A DNA stretch of 64,000 nt from an uncultured Candidatus Rokubacteria bacterium (GCA_963754315.1 CAVWFS010000001.1:192001-256000), one strand, 5' to 3'; shown: positions 38,611 to 49,573, numbered from the stretch's first letter. The notes: generated by a model not told the origin, from the sequence alone. Translations and numbers: made by a program.

Positions 38611-39643
38611 TTCGGCTCTCGCGCGAACGTGGGTCCGCAGCGCGCCGCTGCAAGGGCTCGCCCGATGGAGCGGGCTGGCCGCCCTCGGCCTTGGCGTCTT
38701 CGCCCTCGTGCTGCTGATATTCGGGAAGAACCCGCTGAGAGCGTATGCCGACATCTTCACCAGCACGCTCGGAAGCTGGTATGGGTTATCCGAAACACTG
38801 GTCAAGATGATCCCGCTCGTGCTGGCGGCTGTCGCGGTCGCCGTCCCCGGGAAGATCTGGCTCATCAACGTCGGCGGCGAAGGACAACTCCACCTGGGCG
38901 CTCTCTTCGCGACCTGGGGCGCGCTGACATTCGCCCACTGGCCCGGGTGGCTGCTATTGCCCGCGATGGCCGCCCTTGGGTTCCTGGGGGGCGGTCTGTG
39001 GGCGGCACTGGCCGGGCTGATGCGGACGCGAGGCTGGGTGAGCGAGACGATCTCCACCTTGCTGCTGAACTACGTGGCCATCCTCCTCGTGAGCTTCTTC
39101 GTCTTCGGCCCGTGGAAGGATCCGGAAGGGGTCAACTATCCCCAGACGGCGGAGTTCGCACCTGCTGCTACCCTGCCCACGTTCGGGGGGAGCCGGGTGC
39201 ACCTCGGCGCGATGTTCGCGGTGGTGGCAGTGCTGCTGTTCGCGTTCGTGATGGCGCGGACGCGCTGGGGCCTCGAGATGCGCGCCATCGGCGGCAACAT
39301 CGAGGCGGCGCGACGGGCCGGTATTCCGATTGGCCGATACGTTGTCCTGCTCATGTTCGTGGGGGGCGGCCTGGCGGGCCTCGCCGGGCTGGGCGAGGTC
39401 TCCGCCGTGCAGGGTCGGCTGCGGCCAAGCTTGTCTCCCGGGTACGGCTACGCGGGGTTCCTGATTAGCTGGATGGCGGGCGGGCGCCCCCTCTCGATCG
39501 TGGCGGCGGCGTTTCTGCTGGCCGTCATCACCGCCGGCGGAGATATCCTCCAGATGACCCAGGCTCTGCCCGCCTCGGTCACGAACATCCTGATGGCGGT
39601 CATTCTCTTTGTCGTCCTCGGCCGTCGCGGGGGGGCGCCGTGA
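38597..39643 (+). CDS. Nucleoside ABC transporter permease
   Basis: [37 protein letters not shown]. Confidence 0.9.
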   Translation: MPSADSALARTWVRSAPLQGLARWSGLAALGLGVFALVLLIFGKNPLRAYADIFTSTLGSWYGLSETLVKMIPLVLAAVAVAVPGKIWLINVGGEGQLHLGALFATWGALTFAHWPGWLLLPAMAALGFLGGGLWAALAGLMRTRGWVSETISTLLLNYVAILLVSFFVFGPWKDPEGVNYPQTAEFAPAATLPTFGGSRVHLGAMFAVVAVLLFAFVMARTRWGLEMRAIGGNIEAARRAGIPIGRYVVLLMFVGGGLAGLAGLGEVSAVQGRLRPSLSPGYGYAGFLISWMAGGRPLSIVAAAFLLAVITAGGDILQMTQALPASVTNILMAVILFVVLGRRGGAP

Positions 39644-40554
39644 TCGCCACCTTGCGCAGCCTCCTCTCGGGGGCAATCCTGTCCGGCACGCCGCTGCTCT
39701 ACGCCACCTTGGCGGAAGTCGTGAGCGAACGGGCCGGGATCGTGAACCTCGGCCTGGAGGGCGTGATGCTCATGGGGGCGGTGGTAGCCTTCGCGACCAT
39801 GGTGCACACGGGTAGCGCAGCAGCCGGGGTGGCGGCGGGAGCCCTGGCGGGGGCGCTCTTCAACATGATCTTCGCGTTTCTCGTCATCACACGGCGGGCG
39901 AACCAGCTGGCCAGCGGCCTTGCCCTCATGTTCTGCGGCGTCGGCTTGAGCGCGCTGATCGGCGGTCCGTACGTCGGCAGCCGCATCGCCGGTCTTCCCG
40001 AGCTTGCCATCCCGTGGCTGGCGGAGCTCCCGTGGCTCGGCCCCATCGCGTTCCAGCACGACGCGCTTGTTTACGCCGCGGTGCCCCTCGCCGTATTGAC
40101 GTGGTGGGTGCTGTTCTCGACGCGCTGGGGGTTGACGCTTCGCGCGGTCGGCGAGAACCCCACGGCCGTGTTCGCGGCCGGGCGGAGTCCCCACCTCGTG
40201 CAGTACCAGGCGTTGTTGGTGGCCGGGATGCTGGCTGGGCTGGCGGGCGCGCACCTGTCGCTGGGGCTGGCGAAGACGTGGGTGGAGTGGATGACGGCGG
40301 GCCGAGGATTCATCGCGGTGGCGTTAGTAATCTTTTCCAAATGGCATCCTCTGCGCGCGGTAGCAGGGGCGCTCTTGTTCGGCGGCGCGATCTCGCTGCA
40401 GCTGCAAATGCAGGCGCTCGGCGTGCCCGTCTCGCCCTTCCTGCTCGACATGCTGCCCTACGTGCTGAGCTTGGCCGTGCTGGCACTGTGGGGTGGGCGG
40501 CGGCGCCACGCGGCGCCAGCGAGTCTCGGCCGCGTCTTCCAGCGGAGCGGGTGA
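39640..40554 (+). CDS. Nucleoside ABC transporter permease
   Basis: TPLLYA.L.E..SERAG.VNLGLEG.ML, LRAVGENP, AGRGFIAVALV, MLPYVL. Confidence 0.9.
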   Translation: MIATLRSLLSGAILSGTPLLYATLAEVVSERAGIVNLGLEGVMLMGAVVAFATMVHTGSAAAGVAAGALAGALFNMIFAFLVITRRANQLASGLALMFCGVGLSALIGGPYVGSRIAGLPELAIPWLAELPWLGPIAFQHDALVYAAVPLAVLTWWVLFSTRWGLTLRAVGENPTAVFAAGRSPHLVQYQALLVAGMLAGLAGAHLSLGLAKTWVEWMTAGRGFIAVALVIFSKWHPLRAVAGALLFGGAISLQLQMQALGVPVSPFLLDMLPYVLSLAVLALWGGRRRHAAPASLGRVFQRSG

Positions 40555-40594
40555 ATACGGTGCTTCCCGACACACGGGCAAAGGAGTCGTCACG

Positions 40595-41692
40595 ATGATC
40601 ATGATCGAGCGAGGGTGGTCGCGAATGCTTCGGGGGGCGGTGAGTGCCCTGGTTGTATTGGCGCTGGGATCGCCGGCGGCCGCGCAAGGGCCGAAGCTGA
40701 AGGTGGGAATCCTGCACGTAGGCTCGATGAACGACGCCGGCTACAACCAGGCCCACGCGGAGGGCGTGCAGATTCTGAAGAAGAACCTTCCCGAGGTCGA
40801 GGTTATCGAGGTCGAGAACGTGCCCGAAGGGGCAGACGCCGAGCGGGTCATGGAGAACATGATCAAGCAAGGGGCCCGGCTCATTATCCCTGCCAGCTTT
40901 GGCTATCTGGAACCCGCACTGCGAGTTGCCCAGCGCTACCCCGAGGTGAAGTTTGCGCACCCCGGCGGCTACAAGCGTGCCCCGAACCTCACCACGTACT
41001 GGGCGAGCACCCCCGAGGCCTTCTACCTCATGGGCATGGCGGCCGGCAAGACGACGAAAACGAACAAGCTGGGGTACGTGGTCGCGCTGCCTATCAGCTT
41101 CTTCCTGGCGAACGTCAACGCCTTCCAGCTCGGGGCCCGCTCGGTGAACCCTAAGGCCGAGACGCGCGTGGTGTTCACCGGCGGCTTTCTCGACCCCGGC
41201 AAGGAAGCCACCGCCGCCAACGCACTGCTCGAGCAGGGCGTGGACGTGCTCGGGGTCATCGTGGACTCGCCGATCACTGTCGTCCAGACGGCGGAGAAGC
41301 GCGGCGCCTATTCGGTGGGCTATCACTACCTCGGCGTGCAGAAGTTCGCCCCGAAGGGCTGGATCAGCGGCATCGCATTCACCTGGGGCCCGCTGTACAC
41401 GCGCTTCGCCCGGCAGGTAATGGACGGCACGTGGAAGAGCGAGAACATCCTGGGTGGGCTGGGGGACGACTATCTCACCATTGCCTCATTCGGTCCCGCG
41501 GTGCCAGACGATGTCGTGAAGCTCGTGAACACGACCAAGCTGGAGTTCACGAGCGGCACGCGCCAGGTGTTTCAGGGGCCGATCCGCGACAACAAGGGCG
41601 TCGAACGGGTCAAGGCCGGCGAGGGTTTTCCGCTGACTGAGCTGCGCAAGATGGACTGGCTCGTCGAGGGTGTCATCGGCCAGCCGAGATAG
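40595..41692 (+). CDS. BMP-family (purine/nucleoside) ABC substrate-binding protein
   Basis: KVGILHVG...DAGYNQAH, ENVPE, SFGY, NAF.LGA..VNP, FQGPI.DNKG, WLVEGV. Confidence 0.9.
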   Translation: MIMIERGWSRMLRGAVSALVVLALGSPAAAQGPKLKVGILHVGSMNDAGYNQAHAEGVQILKKNLPEVEVIEVENVPEGADAERVMENMIKQGARLIIPASFGYLEPALRVAQRYPEVKFAHPGGYKRAPNLTTYWASTPEAFYLMGMAAGKTTKTNKLGYVVALPISFFLANVNAFQLGARSVNPKAETRVVFTGGFLDPGKEATAANALLEQGVDVLGVIVDSPITVVQTAEKRGAYSVGYHYLGVQKFAPKGWISGIAFTWGPLYTRFARQVMDGTWKSENILGGLGDDYLTIASFGPAVPDDVVKLVNTTKLEFTSGTRQVFQGPIRDNKGVERVKAGEGFPLTELRKMDWLVEGVIGQPR

Positions 41693-41708
41693 GCCAACTC
41701 GCGCACGA

Positions 41709-42671
41709 CTACTGCTGCTGCTGGGCTGCCGCCTCCAGCATGGCCGCCCCGTCGTAATCGGTCCGGCGCTGGGGAACCTCCTTGAAGACGGGGAGGTCGA
41801 TGGCCTCCACAGATTCCTGGAGCGCGGGCGACCTGCGTTCGGCGGCCACCGTCGTCGTCACCTCCGCCCCCAGCGCCTCTCGGGCATTGCCCCGGTAGAT
41901 CCCCTTGTTGGGAGGTACGTCGTCGTAGCTCCGACCATGGCCGACCACGACGTAGTGCTCGTCGATCTCGCGATCGTGGGTGGGATCGAACGGCACCCAC
42001 CCGCTGGTGGGTGACCAGAACTCGATCCAGGCGTGACTCTGAGAGGGGCTATCGTCCTTCGGCGTCACGTGGAGGTACCCGCTCACGTAGCGACAGGGGA
42101 TCCCCATCAGGCGCAGGGTGCCCAGCATCAAGTGGGTGAAGTCCTGGCACACCCCGGCCCCGAGCTTCAAGAAATCCTCGGTGGTGGAATCGTAGCGGGT
42201 GACGTCCTTCTGGTAGGTGAACCCTCGGTGGATCTGGGCTCCCGCCGCCCGCACGTGATCGCCCAGGCGTGCCCCGTACGGTAGGGACAGACCCTCCTGG
42301 AACTTGCGCAGGGCAGGTGTGAGCCGGACCGGACCTTCCCACTGCAGAAAGTCCCGGAGGTGATAGGGGGGATCAGCGAGAGGCATGGGATCGACGGCGA
42401 TGCCGAGGGCAGGGGCATCCCGATGGGTGGTGACCAGCGAGCGGGACACGACCTCGATCCGCTTGTGGTAACGCGTCACGTTGAAGTGGTGAACGACATT
42501 CTCGTGCCAGTCGGCATAGCGGTACACGCGGGTGGGCGGACCCACGGCCAGGCTGAAGGTGTTCACCGTCTGGTGGCTGGACGTCTTGGGCTGCACGCGC
42601 AGCTCGAGAAACGACTCGCTGATGTAGCTGTCGTATTCGAAGGCCAGTCGGTGCTCGACGCTTAGGATCAT
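41709..42671 (-). CDS. Transglutaminase-like family protein
   Basis: GVCQDFTH (Cys), RYVSGYL, SHAW (His), FDPT (Asp), GRSYDDVPP. Confidence 0.93.
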   Translation of the reverse strand: MILSVEHRLAFEYDSYISESFLELRVQPKTSSHQTVNTFSLAVGPPTRVYRYADWHENVVHHFNVTRYHKRIEVVSRSLVTTHRDAPALGIAVDPMPLADPPYHLRDFLQWEGPVRLTPALRKFQEGLSLPYGARLGDHVRAAGAQIHRGFTYQKDVTRYDSTTEDFLKLGAGVCQDFTHLMLGTLRLMGIPCRYVSGYLHVTPKDDSPSQSHAWIEFWSPTSGWVPFDPTHDREIDEHYVVVGHGRSYDDVPPNKGIYRGNAREALGAEVTTTVAAERRSPALQESVEAIDLPVFKEVPQRRTDYDGAAMLEAAAQQQQ

Positions 42672-42675
42672 GAGC

Positions 42676-43632
42676 CTAGGTCACGAAATAGTGGGCGCTC
42701 AACGTTTCGTGCGCCTTGTCGAGGTCGGTGAGGATGCCAAGCAAGAAGACGAGGACCTCGCCATGGCGCATGACGTCCGTGTCGTCGTAGGCCAGCCGCG
42801 CGCACAGTCGACCCATCACGCGGGCAGGGGCCGTGCGCTCGTCTGTCCCCGCGATGCGCTCGAGATAGTCCTTGACGGCGTGACAGCCGTAGTTGAGCGC
42901 TCGGGGCGCATGTGCGTCGAACAGAATGAACTGCAGGACCAGCTCGGGCTCCATGCGGGCCCCGAACACTTTGCGATAGTTTTCCAGCGAGGCGAGATCA
43001 CGCAGGAGACTGCGCCAACGCGTGTAGAAGAGGGGATCCGTCTTGGGGGTTGGCCCCAAGAGGGCGGGCAGTTTGGCGCTCAGGACAAGGGTCGTGCGCA
43101 GGGTGCGTTCCAGGGCCTCGCCCAGCTTGAGGAAGAGCCAACAGTGATCACGGGTCAGCGTGTGCTCCACGGCGCCCACGGTGGCCAGCAGCCCGCGCTG
43201 GGTTGTCGTGAGAGCGTCGCGAAATGCCGGCAAGTCCCCGATGCCCTTGCGGGCGTGAGTCTCGAGCGTCCGATAGGTGTCGTTGAGGTTCAGGAACACC
43301 TCGACGGTGAGGGCTTCCCGAACCGCCCGGGCATTCTCGCGCGCCTTGCGGAGGGCAAAGAACGTCGAGTAGGGGTTCGTCTCCTCCAGGAGGAACGAGG
43401 AGAGATAGGGCAAGGCGAACGGTGCGAAGGCGGGGGACGCGCGCTCCACCAGGCGCGCGCCTGGGAAGATGGAGAGGAGGTCCTCCCACTCGGCCTGGGC
43501 CACGCTCTCGTCGAGCCCCTGGATTTCGGTGGCGATGTCCTCGGTGACGAGGAGGAGTCGCGTGCAATGCTCCGCGCGCTCGATGTACCGTCCCATCCAG
43601 TACAGCGCGTCGGCCACCCGCGAGAGCAGCAT
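42676..43632 (-). CDS. Alpha-E domain protein (DUF403)
   Basis: MLLSRVADALYWMGRYIERAE, ARENAR..RE, LG..LER. Confidence 0.93.
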   Translation of the reverse strand: MLLSRVADALYWMGRYIERAEHCTRLLLVTEDIATEIQGLDESVAQAEWEDLLSIFPGARLVERASPAFAPFALPYLSSFLLEETNPYSTFFALRKARENARAVREALTVEVFLNLNDTYRTLETHARKGIGDLPAFRDALTTTQRGLLATVGAVEHTLTRDHCWLFLKLGEALERTLRTTLVLSAKLPALLGPTPKTDPLFYTRWRSLLRDLASLENYRKVFGARMEPELVLQFILFDAHAPRALNYGCHAVKDYLERIAGTDERTAPARVMGRLCARLAYDDTDVMRHGEVLVFLLGILTDLDKAHETLSAHYFVT

Positions 43633-45060
43633 CTACCGGGAGCGGGGGGCGAGGACCCAGGTGTCCTTGCTCCCACCTCCTTGCGACGAGTTGACCACGT
43701 AGGAGCCCTCGCGCAAGGCCACCCGGGTCAGCCCACCTGGCAGCACCCGCACCCGATCGCCGTAGAGCACGAACGGCCGCAGGTCGATCCGGCGCGGCTG
43801 GAAGTCGCCGTTGACATAGGTGGGGTGGGTGGAGAGCTGCACGAGGGGTTGTGCGATGTAGTTGCCGGGGTTCTTCTTCACCCCCGCCACGTACTCCGCA
43901 CGCTCCTTCGTACTGGCGAAGGGTCCCATGAGCATGTTGTAGCCGCCGGAGTCGCCCGTGGTCTTCACCACGAGCTCGCCGATGTGCTCCACGATGTAGG
44001 CCAGATCGTCCTTGCGAAACGCGAGATAGGTGGGCACCTGGGGGAGGATGGCCTCCTCGCCGAGATAATACTTGATGATCTGCGGCACGAACGGATAGAC
44101 GGACTTGTCGTCGGCCACCCCGGCCCCCGGGGCATTGGCAATCGCCACCGTGCCTGCCCGATAGGCATTGATGAGCCCCGGCACCCCGAGCAGAGAGTCC
44201 CGCTGAAAGGCGAGTGGGTCGAGGAAGTCATCGTCGATGCGGCGGTAGATGACATCGACCTTGCGCTTGCCATGGGTACGCCGCATGTACACGGCGTTGT
44301 CCTCCACGATGAGATCGCGTCCTTCCACCAGGTCGACACCCATCTCACGGGCCAGGAAGGAGTGCTCGAAGAAGGCGGAGTTGTAGAGCCCGGGGGTGAG
44401 CAGGGCCACCACTGGATTGTCACTTCCCCGCGGCGCGCTGTGACGCAAGGTCTCCCGCAAGAGGTGGGGATAGTCTTGAATGGGTCGCACCGGATAGGAG
44501 GTGAAGAACTCCGGGAAGACCCGATGGAGGAGATTGCGATTCTCCAGCACGTAGGACACGCCACTCGGGCAGCGGCAATTGTCCTCCAGGACCAGATAGT
44601 CGCCGTGGTCATCCCGGATCAGGTCGGTGCCGACGATGTGCGTGTAGATCCGGCGCGGAGGAATGACGCCGAGCAGTTCACGCTTGAACTCCTTGCGGGA
44701 ATAGATCAGCTCGGCGGGGATAAGACCGTCCCGGAGGCAGCGCTGCTCGCCGTAAATATCGAGGATGAACAGATTGAGGGCAGTGATCCGCTGCACGAGG
44801 CCGTTCTCGATCCGTTCCCACTCCGGCGCGGGGATGACCCGCGGCACGAAGTCGAAGGGGAAAATGCGCTCGAGGCCTTCCTCGGCGCCATAGACGGTGA
44901 AGGTGATGCCCTGGTCGATGAGGGAGAGCTTCTGCAGCCGCTCGCGCCGGTCGAGCTCGGTCTGGGTGAACGACTCCAGAATCGACACCAAGGGTTGGTA
45001 GTGCTGACGCGGGGCGGCCGGGCGTTCGAAGACTTCATCGAACGCGGTTCGATCAACCAC
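43633..45060 (-). CDS. Circularly permuted type 2 ATP-grasp protein
   Basis: GITFTVY, ER.FPFD..PR, VLEDN.RCPSGVSY.LENR, LTPG.YNSAFFEH, VDVIYRRIDDDFLDP, GGLTRVAL..GS.VVNSSQGGGSKDTWV. Confidence 0.95.
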   Translation of the reverse strand: MVDRTAFDEVFERPAAPRQHYQPLVSILESFTQTELDRRERLQKLSLIDQGITFTVYGAEEGLERIFPFDFVPRVIPAPEWERIENGLVQRITALNLFILDIYGEQRCLRDGLIPAELIYSRKEFKRELLGVIPPRRIYTHIVGTDLIRDDHGDYLVLEDNCRCPSGVSYVLENRNLLHRVFPEFFTSYPVRPIQDYPHLLRETLRHSAPRGSDNPVVALLTPGLYNSAFFEHSFLAREMGVDLVEGRDLIVEDNAVYMRRTHGKRKVDVIYRRIDDDFLDPLAFQRDSLLGVPGLINAYRAGTVAIANAPGAGVADDKSVYPFVPQIIKYYLGEEAILPQVPTYLAFRKDDLAYIVEHIGELVVKTTGDSGGYNMLMGPFASTKERAEYVAGVKKNPGNYIAQPLVQLSTHPTYVNGDFQPRRIDLRPFVLYGDRVRVLPGGLTRVALREGSYVVNSSQGGGSKDTWVLAPRSR

Positions 45061-45217
45061 CCATTGCACGCGGCGAATTATAGCATCGGACGCGACGGCC
45101 CTCGATCGTCGCCGGGCCGGGTTCATAGCTCATCCCATCCAACACCCCTTGACTCCTCTCCGACGGCGCGTTAAGGGGGACGGGACTCGACTGTCGCGAT
45201 CGAGGAGGACTTCGGGT

Positions 45218-47927
45218 TTGGACCTGTCGGGCACGATCCACTTGCTAGGCGAGACACTCGGGAAGGTGCTTCGCACGGAGGAGTCGGAGTCGCTCTTCGA
45301 GACCGAAGAGCGCATCCGCGGTCTCGCCAAAGCGCGCCGCGGTGGAGACGGGGCGGCCGCGAGTGGCCTGGCCAACGAGGTGAAGGCCCTCAACGCCGAC
45401 GCCGCCCGGGTCATGGCCTCCGCCTTCGCGGTCTACTTCGATCTGGTGAACCTCGCCGAAGAGACGCATCGCATCCGCGCCCTGCGTGAGCGTGAGCGGA
45501 TCCAGCACCCAGCCCCGATCGGAGAATCGATCGGGGACGCGGTGGCCCGACTCAAGGCACGCGGTTTCACGTCCGGCCAGATGGCGGAGCTGTTGGAGAC
45601 GCTGCGCATCGAACTGGTGTTGACGGCTCATCCGACCGAGGCCAAGCGCCGAACGGTCCTCTCGAAGCTTCAGCGGATCGCCCAGGCGCTCAGGCGGCTT
45701 CACGATGCCGATCTGCTCCCGCGCGAACACCGAGCGGAGACCACCGCCCTCCACGCCGAGATCGCCGAGCTCTGGCTCACCGATCGCGCTCGCACCACGC
45801 GTCCGGCCGTGACCGACGAAGTGCGGACCGGCCTCTACTTCGTCGACGCGGTGTTCTGGGAGGCGCTGCCCCGCATGGCGGCCGAGCTCGCTGCGGCGCT
45901 CCACGAACACTATCCGGCCCTGGCCGCTCCCTCCCGGTGGCTCAGCTTGGCCTCGTGGATCGGGGGCGATCGCGACGGCAATCCGTCGGTGGTGGCGCCG
46001 GTAACGGCCGAGACGCTCCGTCTGCACCGGGGGCTCGCCGTCGAGCGCCATCGCCAGAGTCTGCAAGAACTGGCCCGCCGGCTGAGCGTGAGTGGCCGCC
46101 GCTATCCTCCGCCAGCGGCCCTCACCGCCTGGCTCGAGGGCCGGCGACCATTGCCGGCGCACGTGACCTATCTCGAGGAGCGTTATGGCGGTGAGCCATA
46201 CCGCCTGGCGCTGTCGCTGCTCGCCACCGAGCTCGAGGCAGCTTCGCAGGAGGATATGACAGCGCGCTTGCTTGACGAGACTCCGCACCGGGCCCGAATC
46301 AAAGCCGGCGAGATCCAGGAGGTGCTCGACCTGATCGCGCAGAGTCTTCCGCCGGCGCTGGCCGACGATCTTCTCCACACCATGCGCACGCAGCTGGCGA
46401 TCTTCGGGCTCCATGCGGCGCGTCTGGACATCCGCGAGGACGCCGGGCGTCTGGCGGTGGCCCTGGGCGAAATGCTCGAAAATTTGGGGATCGATCAGAT
46501 CTTCTCGGAGCGGACTGATCAGAGCCGCACCGCCATCCTCCTCCGACTTTTCGCGGCCGATCCGCCGCCGGCGTCAACGCTGGCCTCGGCCGCAGCCGGC
46601 GAGGCAAGTGGCGAGACGTGGCGCCTATTCCGATTGCTGGCCCGGGCCGGCCACGTCTATGGGCGCGAATCGCTCGGCCCGTTCATCGTCTCGATGACCC
46701 GCGGCACCGCGGATATGCTCACCGTCCTCTTGCTGGCCCGCTGGGCGGGCTGTGCGTCGGGCCTCCATGTGACGCCCCTGTTCGAGACGCTCGACGATCT
46801 CGAGGCGGCGCCGGAGATCCTGGGGAAGTTGTTCACGCTCGACGTCTACCGTGAACACCTCGTCGTGGGCGGCGGCGAGCAGATGGTGATGATCGGATAC
46901 TCGGACAGCAACAAGGACGGCGGGTATCTGGCGGCCAACTGGGCGCTCTACCAGGCTCAAGCCTCGATCGCAAGCGTGTGCCGTGAGCACGGGGTGGCCC
47001 TCACCTTGTTCCATGGCCGCGGCGGTAGCGTGGCGCGGGGCGGGGGACCAGCCGGCCGTGGGATCCGCGCCCAGCCACCGGGAACCGTGCAGGGCCGATT
47101 TCGACTCACCGAGCAGGGGGAGACGATCGCCTCCCGCTATGCCGATCCCGATCTTGCCCACCGTCATTTGGACCAGATCGTCAGCGCCGTGCTCCTGGCT
47201 TCAGCGGAGGCGCCCGATCACGACGCCGCGCCGGAGTGGGGGGCGGCCATGAGCGAGATGGCCACACGCGGCCCGCGACGCCTATCGCGCGCTGGTGGAG
47301 CGGACACCGGGCTTCCTGCAGTACTGGCGTGCCGCCACGCCCATCGACGAGATCAGTCGACTACGTCTGGGCTCGCGTCCGGCGGCACGGCGACGCGGGG
47401 ACCTCACCCGCCAGGCTGTACGGGCGATTCCATGGGTGTTCTCCTGGATGCAGAGCCGCTTCAACCTGCCGGGCTGGTACGGGCTCGGTACCGCGCTGGC
47501 GCGAGTCGAGGACCCGCGGCTTCAAGAGATGTACGCGGAATGGCCGTTTTTCCGGGCGATGCTCGACAACGCCGAGATGTCACTCCTCAAGGCCGACATG
47601 GGGATCGCCGCCCTGTACTCGGATCTGGTCACCGATCCCGTGCTGGCCGCCGCCGTGTTCTCGCGGATCGAGGAGGAGTACGATCGGACCCGCGATTCGA
47701 TCCTCAAGGTCAGCGGCCATCGCGAGCTGATGGACGGCGATCCCGTGATCCAGCGCTCGGTTCACCTTCGCAACCCGTACGTGGATCCGCTGAACTACCT
47801 GCAGGTCGAGATGCTGCGTCGTCTGCGCGGCCTATCGGATCCGGAAGGGATGGAGGCCGAGCGCTATCGGGAGGTCATCGTGCTGACCATCAACGGCATC
47901 GCCGCCGGCCTGCGCAACACCGGCTGA
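45218..47927 (+). CDS. ppc: Phosphoenolpyruvate carboxylase; frameshift near 47270
   Basis: VLTAHPTE, SWIGGDRDGNP, PLFET, VMIGYSDSNKDGG, FHGRGGSVARGGG, TEQGE; second frame RAIPWVFSWMQSR, RNPYVDPLN, GIAAGLRNTG. TTG start after GAGGAGGA. Confidence 0.95.
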
Positions 47928-47999
47928 TGAAGAAGCTGAACGTGACCACGCGGGCTCAGGGGACCGCGGGCATGGTACGGTGACAGAAAGGAGGAGCCC

Positions 48000-48422
48000 A
48001 TGGCCATCGCGTTATCCGACGACATCAAGCGGCTCATCGACGGCCCGAACTTCGCCCACCTGGCGACCATCATGGCCGACGGCTCGCCGCAGTCGGCCCC
48101 CGTCTGGGTAAGCCGAGAGGGGGAGCGCATACTGATTGGAACCAGCGAGGGCTCGCTCAAGGGGCGCAATACGCGGCGCGATCCGCGGGTGGCCCTATCC
48201 ATCGTGGACTTCCGCGACCCCTACGTGGAGGCTCAGCTACGGGGTCGCGTCGTGGAACGGCGCCCTGACACAAGCTTCGAGGTGAAGGACATCACCGCGC
48301 GCAAGTACACGGGTAAGGATTTTCCCTGGCGGAACCCCGAGGGGCAGGTCACCCTGGTGATTGAGGTAGACCGCGCCAAGTTCGCAAAGCTTCCCTTCAC
48401 TCACGCCCCCGGCGGAGCCTGA
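48000..48422 (+). CDS. PPOX-class (pyridoxamine 5'-phosphate oxidase-like, putative F420-dependent) oxidoreductase
   Basis: NFAHLATI..DGSPQ..PVW, K.RN.RRDPRVALS..D..DPY, KY.G. Confidence 0.85.
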   Translation: MAIALSDDIKRLIDGPNFAHLATIMADGSPQSAPVWVSREGERILIGTSEGSLKGRNTRRDPRVALSIVDFRDPYVEAQLRGRVVERRPDTSFEVKDITARKYTGKDFPWRNPEGQVTLVIEVDRAKFAKLPFTHAPGGA

Positions 48423-48448
48423 GCGTCAGCCGCCGGCCAGGCCACTCC

Positions 48449-49216
48449 TCACGCGGTGGCGGCCTTGAGATCGTCGAGCTGGCGACGAACGCCAGCCAGC
48501 ATGCACGCCAAGTCCGACGTGAGCATGACGAGGTCGAAGCCCCGCTTCACCGCGCCCGCCGCGAAGGCCGCGCTCGCACAGTGCATGCAGGCCTTGATGC
48601 CGTGCTTGTGGGCGGCGTCGCGGATCTTGTCACAGGCGGCGACGTGCACGGGATCCGAATTGTCGGGGCGGGGGGACATCCCCAGGGCAAAGGCCAGGTC
48701 CGAGGGGCCGATGTACACGCCGTCGAGCCCTGGCGTGGCGCAGATCGAATCGAGGTTGGCAAGGCCCTCCTTCGTTTCGATCATGGCGAGGACGACGATC
48801 TCATCGTTGGCCTTGGTGAGATAGTCAGAGCCACCATACTGGACGGCGCGCACCGGCCCTGACGAGCGCATGCCTATGGGCGGATAGCGACAGGCAGCGA
48901 CCGCCTTCGCCGCATCGGCGGCCGTGTCGATGAGCGGCACGATGATGCCGTAGGCCCCGAGATCGAGTGCCTTCATGATCGTAGGGGGGTCGTTCCACGG
49001 CACGCGAACGACCGGTACTGTGTCGGTCTGCGAGATCGCCTGTAGCATTGGCCACACGTCGTTCATATCGGTCAGGCCGTGCTGCATGTCGACCACGAGC
49101 GCGTCGAAACCCTGTCGGGCCATCACCTCCGCCGTGAAACCATGGGACACCGAGAGCCAGCCCATGGTGACCCAGCGCCCCTCGCGCCATATCTGCTTGA
49201 TCCTGTTTGGTCGCAC
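48449..49216 (-). CDS. HpcH/HpaI aldolase family protein
   Basis: GFD..VVDMQHG, VRVPWN, ALDLGAYG, RYPP.G.RS, AMIET, YIGPSDL. Confidence 0.93.
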   Translation of the reverse strand: MRPNRIKQIWREGRWVTMGWLSVSHGFTAEVMARQGFDALVVDMQHGLTDMNDVWPMLQAISQTDTVPVVRVPWNDPPTIMKALDLGAYGIIVPLIDTAADAAKAVAACRYPPIGMRSSGPVRAVQYGGSDYLTKANDEIVVLAMIETKEGLANLDSICATPGLDGVYIGPSDLAFALGMSPRPDNSDPVHVAACDKIRDAAHKHGIKACMHCASAAFAAGAVKRGFDLVMLTSDLACMLAGVRRQLDDLKAATA

Positions 49217-49297
49217 TGTCGCACCTCGCTGTGTGGTTGGCCGGTCGCCCGGTTGACGGCTTCACCAGCCGCGGCGAGGCGACCGGCGCATCGGGCG

Positions 49298-49357
49298 CTA
49301 CTTCTTCTTCTGCTTTGGCTTTTTCTTTTCCTTTTGCATGCTCCGCCCCTTGGCCAT
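49298..49357 (-). CDS. 19-aa lysine-rich micro-ORF (MAKGRSMQKEKKKPKQKKK)
   Basis: Clean ATG..TAG; SD-like GAAGGGGGTGAGGAG directly upstream; explains the pyrimidine-rich + strand tract; below the ORF-track cutoff. Confidence 0.6.
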   Translation of the reverse strand: MAKGRSMQKEKKKPKQKKK

Positions 49358-49573
49358 CTCCTCACCCCCTTCATCCTGGTCCCGACGCACTCCCTGTCGA
49401 TCATATCCGGATTTCCCTCTTCCTCGGCAGCAGGAAGAATGGACGCCCGGGCTTGATCTCCCGCGAGGGCTGGGTGATCATGCCGCGAGTGTTGGCCCGC
49501 GCCGACTCTGGCGGCTCGGGTTCTCGAGGAGGAGAGACCATGGTCAAGGCAGCTGTGCGGGCGGCTCTCGTCG

